Assembly (NCBI GenBank): GCA_050486505.1
Contig: JBJHDK010000001.1
Location: forward strand, 19,383 to 83,382
DNA length: 64,000 nucleotides
Source of the DNA: Fibrobacteria bacterium
GTDB lineage: Bacteria; Fibrobacterota; Fibrobacteria; UBA11236
Direction of reading: 5' to 3'
The first letter of the stretch is position 1. Each line of letters opens with the position of its first letter. The notes beneath the pieces are model-generated. The model saw nothing but the letters and a program-made list of their open reading frames with translations. It made no database searches and was not told where the DNA came from. A program made the translations under genes and the position numbers. Below are positions 20,206 through 28,958 of the stretch, piece by piece.

Positions 20206-21135
20206 ATGTCCGACTCTTCGAAACACCTCCTCAATCTCGTCGACCAGCCCACGGCTCTCGTGCGGCGACTGGTCGATGATGCCGTGCGTCTGCGCGCGGA
20301 ATTCCGGGCGAACGGCCCGACCGATGCCCTGAAGGGCCGCACCGCCGCCTTGTTTTTCGAGAAGCCCAGCCTGCGCACCCGCGTCACCTTCGAGGTGGCG
20401 ATGATCCAGACGGGGGGCGCGGCCATCGTGCTTGATCCGTCTTCGGTGTCGCTGGGCAAGCGCGAGACCGTGCATGACGCGGCCAAGAACCTGTCGCGCT
20501 GGGTCGACTGCATCGTCGCGCGTACGTTCACGCAGCGATTGGTCGACGAACTGGCGCACCACGCTTCGGTTCCCGTGATCAACGCGTTGACCGACGAGGA
20601 ACACCCGTGTCAGGCGCTCGCCTTCGGCGAGATGCTGCACGAGCGGCGCGGGTCCCTCGAGGGCGCGCGCGTGGCCTTTGTGGGCGACGGCAACAACGTG
20701 GCGAACAGCCTCGCCGCGCTGGCGGGGCATTGCGGAATGCATTTCACGCTCGCCTGTCCCGAAAGCTTCGAGCAGCCCGCGCCGTTCATCGAAAAGGTGG
20801 AAGCGCTGTGCCGCACGACCGGCGGCAGTTACCGTCAGGTGCGCGACCCGCGCGAGGCCGTGAGCGACGCCGACATCATCTACACCGACGTGTGGGTGAG
20901 CATGGGTGAAGAGGAGCATGGCGCGGAGAAGGCGCTGCTTTTCAAGGATTACCAGGTGAACATGGAGCTGCTGACCGCGGCGCCGGAGCATTGCGTGGTG
21001 ACCCACTGTCTTCCGGCGCATCCGGGAGAAGAGATCACGCAGGAGGTGATGGATTCACCGCGCTACGTCGCATTCGACGAGGCCGAAAACCGGCTGCACG
21101 CCCAAAAGGCCGTGCTCCTGCACCTGCTGTCCTGA
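20206..21135 (+). CDS. argF: Ornithine carbamoyltransferase
   Basis: FEKPSLRTR, HPCQ, GDGNNV, YTDVWVSMG, HCLPAH, EAENRLH. Confidence 0.93.
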   Translation: MSDSSKHLLNLVDQPTALVRRLVDDAVRLRAEFRANGPTDALKGRTAALFFEKPSLRTRVTFEVAMIQTGGAAIVLDPSSVSLGKRETVHDAAKNLSRWVDCIVARTFTQRLVDELAHHASVPVINALTDEEHPCQALAFGEMLHERRGSLEGARVAFVGDGNNVANSLAALAGHCGMHFTLACPESFEQPAPFIEKVEALCRTTGGSYRQVRDPREAVSDADIIYTDVWVSMGEEEHGAEKALLFKDYQVNMELLTAAPEHCVVTHCLPAHPGEEITQEVMDSPRYVAFDEAENRLHAQKAVLLHLLS

Positions 21136-21163
21136 GCGCGGGCACACCGCCGGATCTGCACTG

Positions 21164-21745
21164 ATGCCTCGTCCCAAGCTTCACACCGACGCAGCAGTGC
21201 TCGCAGCAGCGCTGGCGGTGCTTTTACGCAAGGGACCATCCAGCTTTACTCTATCCGACGTCGCGACCGAGATCGGCATGTCACGCGCCGCGCTCATCCA
21301 GCGCTTCGGTGACAAGGCCAGACTGCATTATCTGGTGAGGGAGAGCATGACACGCGAAGTGCACGCGTACTTCGATGGTCTCGATCCCGCGCGCTTCGGC
21401 AAGGGCCTCGCACCCCTTTGGGACATGCTCCGGGACTTGATCTCAGGCATGGGTTCGGGAGAGGATACCCCCGGCTACCTGCTTCTTAACTGGGCGGATA
21501 TTCAGGATCCCGGCCTTTTGCTCCTCGCGCGCGAGAGTGATGAACGCGTTCGCCATGAAATCGAAATCCGGCTGCCCGCGAAACCGCATCCTCCGTCGGA
21601 AACCGCGTCCCTCGTTCAAGCCGTGATCCAGGGTGCGTGCATGCAGTGGTTGGTCAGCCGCGAGGGGACGTTGGTTCGTTTCATGACCGACCAAACCCGG
21701 CGGGTCTTGCAGGCGCTTTACCCCGAACACAGCTTCAAACCATAG
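21164..21745 (+). CDS. TetR-family repressor, MphR(A)-like (macrolide-responsive family)
   Basis: MPRPKL...GP..FTLS.VA.E.GMSRAALIQRF...LW..L..L...M...W..+Q.P.L..LA...RLP...VI.GA.MQW...+PEH matches MphR(A) along its whole length (comparison from memory). Confidence 0.85.
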   Translation: MPRPKLHTDAAVLAAALAVLLRKGPSSFTLSDVATEIGMSRAALIQRFGDKARLHYLVRESMTREVHAYFDGLDPARFGKGLAPLWDMLRDLISGMGSGEDTPGYLLLNWADIQDPGLLLLARESDERVRHEIEIRLPAKPHPPSETASLVQAVIQGACMQWLVSREGTLVRFMTDQTRRVLQALYPEHSFKP

Positions 21746-21787
21746 TCCCAAAGAACCGCGAAAAGCGCGGATTCCCCCTGACTTCAT

Positions 21788-21811
21788 ATATAACCGACGA
21801 GAAGGTTATAT
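21788..21811. promoter_or_regulatory. Palindromic TetR/MphR-type operator overlapping a -10 box (TATATT, 21807-21812)
   Basis: Perfect inverted repeat ATATAACC-GACGAGAA-GGTTATAT immediately before the methyltransferase gene. Confidence 0.85.
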
Positions 21812-21812
21812 T

Positions 21813-22907
21813 ATGGCCATGGAATGGGTCGTCTCCAGACAGAACGAAACAACTTCGCCGGTTAACGTCGAGAGAGGGCATGGGGGGCACACTCCAAGGC
21901 CTCTCCTGCCAGGGTTCGTGCCGGAAGAATTCGATGCCTTGCCGCAAGGTGTGCCAATCGTTGATTACTCCGACCTTTTCGGGACGGCGGAAGGGACTCC
22001 CTGGCTGAGACAGTGGGCCTCGGAGCGAGGGGTGGATCTCAGGGGATTGAGACCAATCAAGGTCGAGCGAGGGCCGCGCACCTGCAAGCATTTGTTCGCG
22101 CTGCGCGACGGGTACGCGGTCGAAAGCGTGTTGATCCGCCGTCGCGACGGGGAGACCGCCTGCATCTCATCCCAGGCGGGCTGCGGGTTCGGCTGCCGGT
22201 TTTGCGCTTCGGGTCGGGCAGGCCTCAAGAGAAACCTGCTGTCGGGGGAGATCGTCGAGCAGGTCGTGCGCTTGGGGCGCGGAGTCAACCGGATCGTGTT
22301 CATGGGAATCGGCGAACCTCTCGCCAATTACACGCAAGTCATTCGCGCCATCCACGTGCTTCGGGATCGCCGGGGCATGAATTTCCCGACGACGGGAATC
22401 ACGATCTCGACGATCGGCATTCCGTCCGCGCTCAAAAGATTGCGGGAGGAGCATCTCGGGATCAACCTGACGGTTTCATTGCATGCAACGACCCAGCAGG
22501 TCCGTGACTGGCTGATTCCCGGGGCTCGCGGTCACGCGCTCAGCGAGGTCGTTGCGCGCGCGTTGTCGTGGGGCGAGAGGCACGGACGCACCGTGACCTT
22601 CGCATACCTGCTTCTCCCCGGGATCAACGACTCGCCGCAAGATTCCGCGAGATTGGCGGGCATGCTTCGCGGTCGACCCGCCAGGGTGAACCTGATGCGC
22701 TGGAATTCCGTGGAAGGCGCAGGATTCGCGCGGATCGGAGACTCGGGATTACGACGGTTCAGGGGACAACTGGAACGCGCTTCGGTCCCCGCGACGGTGC
22801 GTGACACACAGGGACTCGACGCATCGTCGGCGTGCGGCCAACTGTGGCTGCGCGACGCACGGGGAAGACCTTTTCCCGCACGCCGCGACCCCGCCCGGGA
22901 CCGATAG
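21813..22907 (+). CDS. Radical SAM 23S rRNA methyltransferase, RlmN/Cfr family with Cfr-like motifs (start may be ATG 21819)
   Basis: VESV, CISSQAGCGFGCRFCASG (CxxxCxxC plus the resolving Cys), FMGIGEP, ITISTIGI, NLTVSLH, TFAYLLLPGINDS, VNLMRWN, ACGQLW. Confidence 0.9.
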   Translation: MAMEWVVSRQNETTSPVNVERGHGGHTPRPLLPGFVPEEFDALPQGVPIVDYSDLFGTAEGTPWLRQWASERGVDLRGLRPIKVERGPRTCKHLFALRDGYAVESVLIRRRDGETACISSQAGCGFGCRFCASGRAGLKRNLLSGEIVEQVVRLGRGVNRIVFMGIGEPLANYTQVIRAIHVLRDRRGMNFPTTGITISTIGIPSALKRLREEHLGINLTVSLHATTQQVRDWLIPGARGHALSEVVARALSWGERHGRTVTFAYLLLPGINDSPQDSARLAGMLRGRPARVNLMRWNSVEGAGFARIGDSGLRRFRGQLERASVPATVRDTQGLDASSACGQLWLRDARGRPFPARRDPARDR

Positions 22908-22919
22908 GGGGACGCGCCC

Positions 22920-23579
22920 CTACCAGGCGTCGTCGTCGCCGGCTTCGGCCTTGGCCGCCGCAGCTTTCGCCTCGAGCTCCTGCACGGCCTCGTTGTACTT
23001 CGTGTTGCAGGGGGTTCTTCCCGCGAAATGCTCCAGGATGGGCGCGAGCTTTTCTTCGGAGAAGGTCAGCTTCATCTGCTTCGTGATTTTCCCCTTGTAT
23101 CCCCACTCCTGCATCAACGCTTCGCTCAGTTCGAAGCAGTCGTCGAGGGCGTAGAAGTTCATCTCCGAGGACTGAAAGGCGTAGCAGACGTCCATTTCCA
23201 TGCACTCGGGAGGGGACTGGGTCTCGTCTTCCATCCACTTGTGCACGTGGCGACGGCGGACCTCAAGCGACTTCTCGAGCTTCATGTATCCGGTGACGAA
23301 GAACCGGCCGCGAAACTCTTCGCGCAACCCCTGATAGCGGGTGCCGAAGAGGAAATAGCGGCGGCGGGCCTTGAACGCAGAAGCACGCGTGCGCGCTTCA
23401 ATGCACTGGATCACGCCATAGGTGCCGGTTTCGTAGTTGGGTTCGAGCACGGGATTGCCCGCTGCGTCGTAGGGTTCGCGCACGGGAAGGTCATGGTCAC
23501 GCGACGACGAGGTGTGAATGAGAACGCCCTCGGCCTTGCCGCGGTAGTCTTGCCATCCGGTCTGGGTCATGATTGCCAT
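22920..23579 (-). CDS. Hypothetical protein (EPNYETGTYG motif)
   Basis: Good RBS (GAAAGGA) before ATG 23579, host-like codon usage, globular composition; function not recognised. Confidence 0.8.
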   Translation of the reverse strand: MAIMTQTGWQDYRGKAEGVLIHTSSSRDHDLPVREPYDAAGNPVLEPNYETGTYGVIQCIEARTRASAFKARRRYFLFGTRYQGLREEFRGRFFVTGYMKLEKSLEVRRRHVHKWMEDETQSPPECMEMDVCYAFQSSEMNFYALDDCFELSEALMQEWGYKGKITKQMKLTFSEEKLAPILEHFAGRTPCNTKYNEAVQELEAKAAAAKAEAGDDDAW

Positions 23580-23793
23580 GTGTCGTTCCTTTCGGCGATG
23601 CCGTGAGGGGCGCGTGCGCCGCGCCGGAAACGTGTTCCGGTCGAAGGCAACGCGCATGTGTCGGGGGTCAGGACAGGAGGATTCGCACCGGAATCCCCGT
23701 GTCAAACGGGGAAGACATGAACAAAAAGGCGCGAGTCATGGTGAATTTTCCGGTTTTTTCCTGTGGTGTCTCACCAATATACACCAAGCGTCA

Positions 23794-24624
23794 TTAAAAC
23801 TCTACGCGTTCCGCAACGACGGGCCGCCCCAGAAATCCGGATGCCAAACGGGTGAAGCCTTCCGTCCTGTCGGTCGTGAAAAAGCGTTCCGTCCCCCCGC
23901 GGGTGAGAGTCGAGGCGATTTCAGGATGGCGGGCCAGATAGTTTTCGAGGGAGGGGGCCACGATGTCGGCCTGCACCAGGATCCGGGTGCTCTCCGGGAC
24001 CACGCGCCTGATGGCGGGGTAAAGCAGGGGGTAATGGGTACATGCCAATAACAGGGCATCGACGGGAGCGGATCCCCCCGCTTGCTCCTGCGTCATCGCC
24101 CAGTACTTGCGGACGAAGTGGTCGAGGCCGGGGCCGTCAAGCTCGCCCGCTTCGACGAGAGGAACCAGCAGGGGGCAGGCGACCTGCGTCAGGCGGATGT
24201 CGGGCGCGAGCTTGGCGAGCTCGAGCGCGTAGCTGTTGGAGCGCACCGTACCCTGCGTGGCCCACAGGGCGACATGCGCGTCGGGGGCCTGGTGCGGCGA
24301 TTCCGCCAGCGCTTCCGCCGAGGGACGGATGATGCCGAGCACGCGCCGGTCGGGCCAGCGTGCGGGCAACACCCGCTGCTGGATGGTGCGCAGGGCTTCC
24401 GCGGAGGCCGTGTTGCAGGCCATGACGACCAGCTTGCAGCCTTGTGAAAACAAATGCTCGACGCCTTCGGTGGCGAAGCGCAGCACGGTCTCGAAAGAGC
24501 GGTTTCCGTAGGGGGTTCGGGCCGTGTCGCCCAGATAGAGCGCGTCGTAGTGCGGCATGCGCTCGCGCACCTTGCGGTACACCGTCAGCCCGCCGAGTCC
24601 GGAGTCGAAAAAGCCGAGAAGCAT
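23794..24624 (-). CDS. murI: Glutamate racemase
   Basis: FDSGLGGLTV, GDTARTPYG, ACNTAS, LACTHYP. Confidence 0.95.
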   Translation of the reverse strand: MLLGFFDSGLGGLTVYRKVRERMPHYDALYLGDTARTPYGNRSFETVLRFATEGVEHLFSQGCKLVVMACNTASAEALRTIQQRVLPARWPDRRVLGIIRPSAEALAESPHQAPDAHVALWATQGTVRSNSYALELAKLAPDIRLTQVACPLLVPLVEAGELDGPGLDHFVRKYWAMTQEQAGGSAPVDALLLACTHYPLLYPAIRRVVPESTRILVQADIVAPSLENYLARHPEIASTLTRGGTERFFTTDRTEGFTRLASGFLGRPVVAERVEF

Positions 24625-24646
24625 GGGAGAGAGGTAGTAACGCAAT

Positions 24647-24872
24647 AGTGGACAGTGAACAGTGAACAGTGAACAGTGTACAGTGTACAGTGGGCAATAG
24701 AACAATGCAACAATGCAACAATGGGCAATGAAGCGGGTGTGTCGGGAGTCTGTGGACGGGTGGGTCTGTTGTCAGGACTGGTGTTCCGCCTCCACATTGT
24801 CCACTGTCCACTGTACACTGTTCACTTTCCTCCCCCGTCCCCCATTGTCCACTGTCTACTGTCCACTGTCCA
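24647..24872. repeat. Element bounded by inverted CAGTG(AA/TA/GA) heptamer arrays between the divergent murI and rpsT
   Basis: agtggacagtgaacagtgaacagtgaacagtgtacagtgtacagtgggcaat... and ...cattgtccactgtccactgtacactgttcact...cattgtccactgtctactgtccactgtcca. Confidence 0.85.
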
Positions 24873-24946
24873 TTTTTCCTCCCTCCCTTGCCCCATCCCG
24901 AAGGATTAGTTATCCTTGATGCCCAATTTTTACGAGGGAGCGCGCA

Positions 24947-25324
24947 TTGCCTACCCATAAGTCTGCAGCAAAACGCATCAAAACCGCCGAAAAGGCCCGT
25001 TTGGTTAACCGCGCCGTCCGTTCGGCCCTGCGCACGAGCCTGAAAAAGGTGCGTGGCGCCGCCACCGCCGAGGATGCATCCAAGGAGTTGCCGAACCTTT
25101 TCTCCATGCTCGACAAGGCCGCCCGCCGCGGTCAGGGTGGGGTGACGAAGAATGCGGCCTCGAACTACAAGCGCAAGGCCCAGCACGCGGTTGCCGTGAT
25201 CGCTGCTGGCGGTTCGGCGCTTCCCCCGATCGCCAAGGCCAAGACCGCCAAGGCGTCGAAGGCGAAGGCTGCCAAGGCGAAAGCCGCCAAGGCTGCCAAG
25301 GCCGCCGGCTCTTCCAACTCTTGA
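24947..25324 (+). CDS. rpsT: 30S ribosomal protein S20 with Ala/Lys-rich C-terminal extension
   Basis: P.HKSAAKRIK...NRAVRSALRT..KKV...LDKAA...KNAA; TTG start after GAGGGAG. Confidence 0.92.
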   Translation: MPTHKSAAKRIKTAEKARLVNRAVRSALRTSLKKVRGAATAEDASKELPNLFSMLDKAARRGQGGVTKNAASNYKRKAQHAVAVIAAGGSALPPIAKAKTAKASKAKAAKAKAAKAAKAAGSSNS

Positions 25325-25345
25325 TCCGGAAGCGTTCCGGTTCAC

Positions 25346-25375
25346 AAAGGCCGCCCCAGACGGGCGGCTTTTTTT
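25346..25375 (+). terminator. Intrinsic terminator after rpsT
   Basis: GCCGCCC-CAGAC-GGGCGGC followed by a run of 7 T. Confidence 0.85.
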
Positions 25376-25420
25376 GTTTGCTGCGCGATTAGTTTTTCCC
25401 GCAACGACGAGAGGATTGCA

Positions 25421-26590
25421 ATGAGTGAGTCTTCGCTGCTTGGCGTGTACGGCCCCCGGGATCTGACCTTGGTGCGGGGCGAGGGAACCCATGTCTGGGA
25501 CGACAAGGGCAACCGCTATCTCGACTGCGTGTCGGGGGTGGCGGTCAACGCGCTGGGCCACGGAAACCCCGCCGTGCTTGATGCCATTCGCGGCCAGCTC
25601 GGCCTGTTCCTGCACGCGAGCAACCTGTACGTGCTTCCCGCGCAACGCGACCTGGCCGGCCGCCTCGCCGCGCTCACGGGTTTCGACGCCGTGTTCTTTT
25701 CGAACAGCGGGACCGAGGCCAACGAAGGCGCCTTCAAGTTCGCACGGCGGCACTTCATTGCCGGCGGGTACCCGGACAAGGTCGAGATCATCAGTTTCAC
25801 GGGCTCCTTCCACGGCCGGACTTATGCCGCCATGGCCGCCACGGGGCAAGACAAAATTCGCGAAGGTTTCGGGCCCGTGCCGGGTGGATTCAAGATCTTG
25901 CCCGCGAATGATGTGGAAGCCTTGCGCGCTGCGGCGGGCCAGAACACGGCGGCGGTGATTTTCGAGCCCGTGCAGGCCGAGGGCGGCGTGGTCAACATGA
26001 GCGATGCCATGGCCGAAGCGTTGCGCGACTTGCAAAAGGCGGGCGTGCTTTTGATTGCCGACGAAATCCAGACGGGCTTGTGGCGCACGGGCACGTTGCT
26101 CGGCAGCGACGCTGTTTGTATCCGGCCCGACATCGTGACATTGGCGAAGCCCTTGGGAGCGGGCCTCCCGCTGGGTGCGGTGCTGCTGCGCGGCGCGGTG
26201 TCGAAGTCTCTCAAGGCCGGCGACCATGGCTCGACCTTCGGGGGCAATCCCGTGGCTTGCGCCGCGGGCCTGGCCGTGCTCGACGCCCTGGCCGACCCGG
26301 CCTTCCAGGCGGACTATCAGGAGCGGATCGCGTTGTTGCGTGGCGAGCTGGAGAAACTGTTGGCGCGGAAGATGGAAAAGGGGGTTCCGGTGGGGCCGCT
26401 GCGCGGGCGCGGCTTCCTGATCGGGACGCGTTGGGGAGGCGATCTGGCCGCGTTGCAGAAGCGCTTGCGGGACGAAGGAGTGCTGGCCCATCGCGCCGGT
26501 GCCGACGTACTGCGCCTGCTTCCGCCGCTCACGTTCTCGCGCGACGACATCGCCGAGTTGATGGAGGCGCTGGAGAAGGCGCTGGTGTGA
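25421..26590 (+). CDS. argD: Acetylornithine aminotransferase (class III PLP aminotransferase)
   Basis: NSGTEANE, SFHGRT, EPVQAEGG, DEIQTG, LAKPLG, HGSTFGGNP. Confidence 0.9.
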   Translation: MSESSLLGVYGPRDLTLVRGEGTHVWDDKGNRYLDCVSGVAVNALGHGNPAVLDAIRGQLGLFLHASNLYVLPAQRDLAGRLAALTGFDAVFFSNSGTEANEGAFKFARRHFIAGGYPDKVEIISFTGSFHGRTYAAMAATGQDKIREGFGPVPGGFKILPANDVEALRAAAGQNTAAVIFEPVQAEGGVVNMSDAMAEALRDLQKAGVLLIADEIQTGLWRTGTLLGSDAVCIRPDIVTLAKPLGAGLPLGAVLLRGAVSKSLKAGDHGSTFGGNPVACAAGLAVLDALADPAFQADYQERIALLRGELEKLLARKMEKGVPVGPLRGRGFLIGTRWGGDLAALQKRLRDEGVLAHRAGADVLRLLPPLTFSRDDIAELMEALEKALV

Positions 26591-26594
26591 CGGG

Positions 26595-26630
26595 GAGTTA
26601 TGAGTTATGAGTCGTGAGTGATGAGGTGAG
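26595..26630. repeat. One-sided GAGTTAT heptamer array after argD
   Basis: gagttatgagttatgagtcgtgagtgatgaggtgag. Confidence 0.65.
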
Positions 26631-26720
26631 CGCAGGAATGGTGCCTGCATGAATTGTTCGTGCACCAATCAATCGAATGTCACAGATCTCCGTGATCGAC
26701 GCGCCGGATATGGCGGTGAT

Positions 26721-27028
26721 GTAGTCAGGGCGAGGCATGCCTCGCCTTTACACGTCCGCGTGGATCCTGACGGTGTCGAGCGGGCGACTCAGCCCCCGCC
26801 TTTCCCGTGCCTGCACAGCGCGCGGGGGCAGGCCCCCGCCTTTCCCGTGTCGGCATAGCGCGGGGGCAGGCGAGTCGCCCCTACACGTCTGCGGAGTCCT
26901 GACGGTGTCTGGCGGGCGACTCAGCCCCCGCCTTTCCCGTGTCGGCATAGCGCGGGGGCAGGCCCCCGCCTTTCCCGTGTCGGCATAGCGCGGGGGCAGG
27001 CGAGTCGCCCCTACACGTCTGCGGAGTC
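26721..27028. repeat. REP-like palindrome plus two tandem ~130 bp nested repeat units
   Basis: Palindrome GGCGAGGCATGCCTCGCC (26729-26746). Units at 26751-26883 and 26884-27013 each have the form GGGCGACTC[2x GCCCCCGCCTTTCCCGTG..GCGCGGGGGCAG]GCGAGTCGCCCCTAC. Confidence 0.9.
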
Positions 27029-28813
27029 TCTCTTGAGCTGGGCGACCACCTTCGGGTCGATCTGGATGTGCAGTTCCTTGAGCTGGCGTTCGGCCACTTC
27101 GGAGGGGGCGCTCATCATCAGGTCCTGCGCGCGTTGGTTCATGGGGAAGGCGATCACCTCGCGGATGTTTTCCTCCTGCGCCAGCAGCATCACCATGCGG
27201 TCGACGCCCGGGGCGATGCCGCCGTGCGGGGGCGCGCCGAGCCTGAAGGCGTTGATCATGCCGCCGAACTTCTCCTCCACCACCTCGGGACCGTAGCCCG
27301 CGATCTCGAAGGCCTTGACCATGATCTCTGGATCGTGGTTCCGGATCGCGCCCGAGGAGAGTTCGATGCCGTTGCAGACGATGTCGTATTGCCAGGCGAG
27401 GATGTCGAGGGGATCCTTCGTGGTCAGCGCCTCCATGCCGCCTTGCGGCATGGAGAAGGGGTTGTGGGAGAACTCGACCTTGCGGTTCTCTTCGTCGAAC
27501 TCGAACATGGGGAAGTCCACGATCCAGCAGAAGCGATAGACGTCCTTCTCGACGAGGTCGAGGTCGCGGCCGAGCTTCACGCGGATCTGCCCCGCGAGCT
27601 TCGCCGCCACGTCGGGCTTGTCGCACACGAAGAACACCGCGTCGCCGGGCTCCGCACCGCAGCGGGCGCGCAACTCTTCCATCTGTTCGGCCGACAGGAA
27701 CTTCGCGATGGGGCCCTTGACCCCTTCCGCGTTCCACACGAGGTAGGCGAGTCCCTTGGACCCGATCGACTGCGCGTAATCGACGAGCTTGTCGAAGAAC
27801 GAGCGCGGCTGCGAAGAGATCCCCTTCACGGGGATGGCCCGCACCGCGGCGCCCCCCTTGACCGCGTTGGCGAACGCCTGGAAGCCGCTCGCTGCGAAGA
27901 TGTCTCCCGTTTCGCGGATCTCGATGGGGATGCGCAGGTCGGGCTTGTCGGTGCCGTATTTGAGCATCGCCTCGCGGTAGGGGATGCGCGTGAAGGGCGC
28001 ACCGTCGACGCGCCACTTCGAGAACTCGGTGAAGGTGCCGTGGATGACCTGCTCCACCGCGGCGAAGACGTCGTCCTGCGTCACGAAGCTCATCTCGATG
28101 TCGAGCTGGTAGAACTCGCCGGGCGAACGGTCGGCGCGCGCGTCCTCGTCGCGGAAGCAGGGGGCGATCTGGAAGTAGCGGTCGAAGCCTGCGACCATGA
28201 GCAATTGCTTGAACTGCTGCGGCGCCTGCGGGAGGGCGTAGAACTTTCCGGGGTGCAGGCGGCTGGGCACGAGGAAGTCGCGCGCGCCCTCGGGCGAACT
28301 CGAGGTGAGGATGGGGGTCTGGAACTCCATGAAGCCGAGGTCGGTCATGCGGCGGCGCAGCGAGGAGATGATTTGTGCGCGCAGCATGACGTTGGCGTGC
28401 AGCTTTTCGCGGCGCAGGTCGAGGAAGCGGTACTTGAGGCGCATGTCCTCGGGGCCGCCGTCCTTGTCGTCCACCAGGAAGGGGAGCGGCGCGGCCGCGG
28501 ACTGGACTTCGAGGGCGTCCACCACGATTTCGATCTCGCCGGTGGGCATGTTGGGATTGATCGTTCCCGCCTCGCGGGCGACCACGCGTCCGGTGACGGT
28601 GATGACGCTTTCGTACTTGAGGCGCGTGGCCGCGTCGAAGAAGTCGCGCTCCGGGTTGAACACCACCTGGGTCACGCCGTAGTGGTCGCGCAGGTCGATG
28701 AAGAGGAAGTGACCGTGGTCGCGGCGGCGGAAGACCCAGCCCGAGAGGCGGACGGTTTGACCGGTGTGTTCCTTGCGGAGGGCGCCGCAGGTATGGGAGC
28801 GATAGGCGTGCAT
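27011..28813 (-). CDS. aspS: Aspartate--tRNA ligase (likely non-discriminating Asp/Asn type)
   Basis: [60 protein letters not shown]. Confidence 0.97.
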   Translation of the reverse strand: MHAYRSHTCGALRKEHTGQTVRLSGWVFRRRDHGHFLFIDLRDHYGVTQVVFNPERDFFDAATRLKYESVITVTGRVVAREAGTINPNMPTGEIEIVVDALEVQSAAAPLPFLVDDKDGGPEDMRLKYRFLDLRREKLHANVMLRAQIISSLRRRMTDLGFMEFQTPILTSSSPEGARDFLVPSRLHPGKFYALPQAPQQFKQLLMVAGFDRYFQIAPCFRDEDARADRSPGEFYQLDIEMSFVTQDDVFAAVEQVIHGTFTEFSKWRVDGAPFTRIPYREAMLKYGTDKPDLRIPIEIRETGDIFAASGFQAFANAVKGGAAVRAIPVKGISSQPRSFFDKLVDYAQSIGSKGLAYLVWNAEGVKGPIAKFLSAEQMEELRARCGAEPGDAVFFVCDKPDVAAKLAGQIRVKLGRDLDLVEKDVYRFCWIVDFPMFEFDEENRKVEFSHNPFSMPQGGMEALTTKDPLDILAWQYDIVCNGIELSSGAIRNHDPEIMVKAFEIAGYGPEVVEEKFGGMINAFRLGAPPHGGIAPGVDRMVMLLAQEENIREVIAFPMNQRAQDLMMSAPSEVAERQLKELHIQIDPKVVAQLKRDSADV

Positions 28814-28958
28814 GCTGAAATTCCGTGGATTTCGGGAAGACGGGGAAATTTAGTTGAAATCGGGGGGACAGTGGAACAAGGCGGACGTAGAGAGCGGGGG
28901 GCAGTGCGCGGTGTGCAGCATTCCTACTACCTCCCACCTCCCATCTTATTATTGACCC

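Noticed and set aside
20206..21135. SLRT motif suggesting N-acetyl- or N-succinylornithine transcarbamylase
   Set aside because: DVWVSMG and HCLPAH are those of a normal ornithine carbamoyltransferase.
23580..23793. Structured leader RNA before the hypothetical gene
   Set aside because: Only a small hairpin (CCCCGT...ACGGGG); no recognisable riboswitch consensus.
26721..27028. Possible CRISPR array
   Set aside because: The units are tandem near-identical palindromes with no unique spacers, and no cas genes are present.
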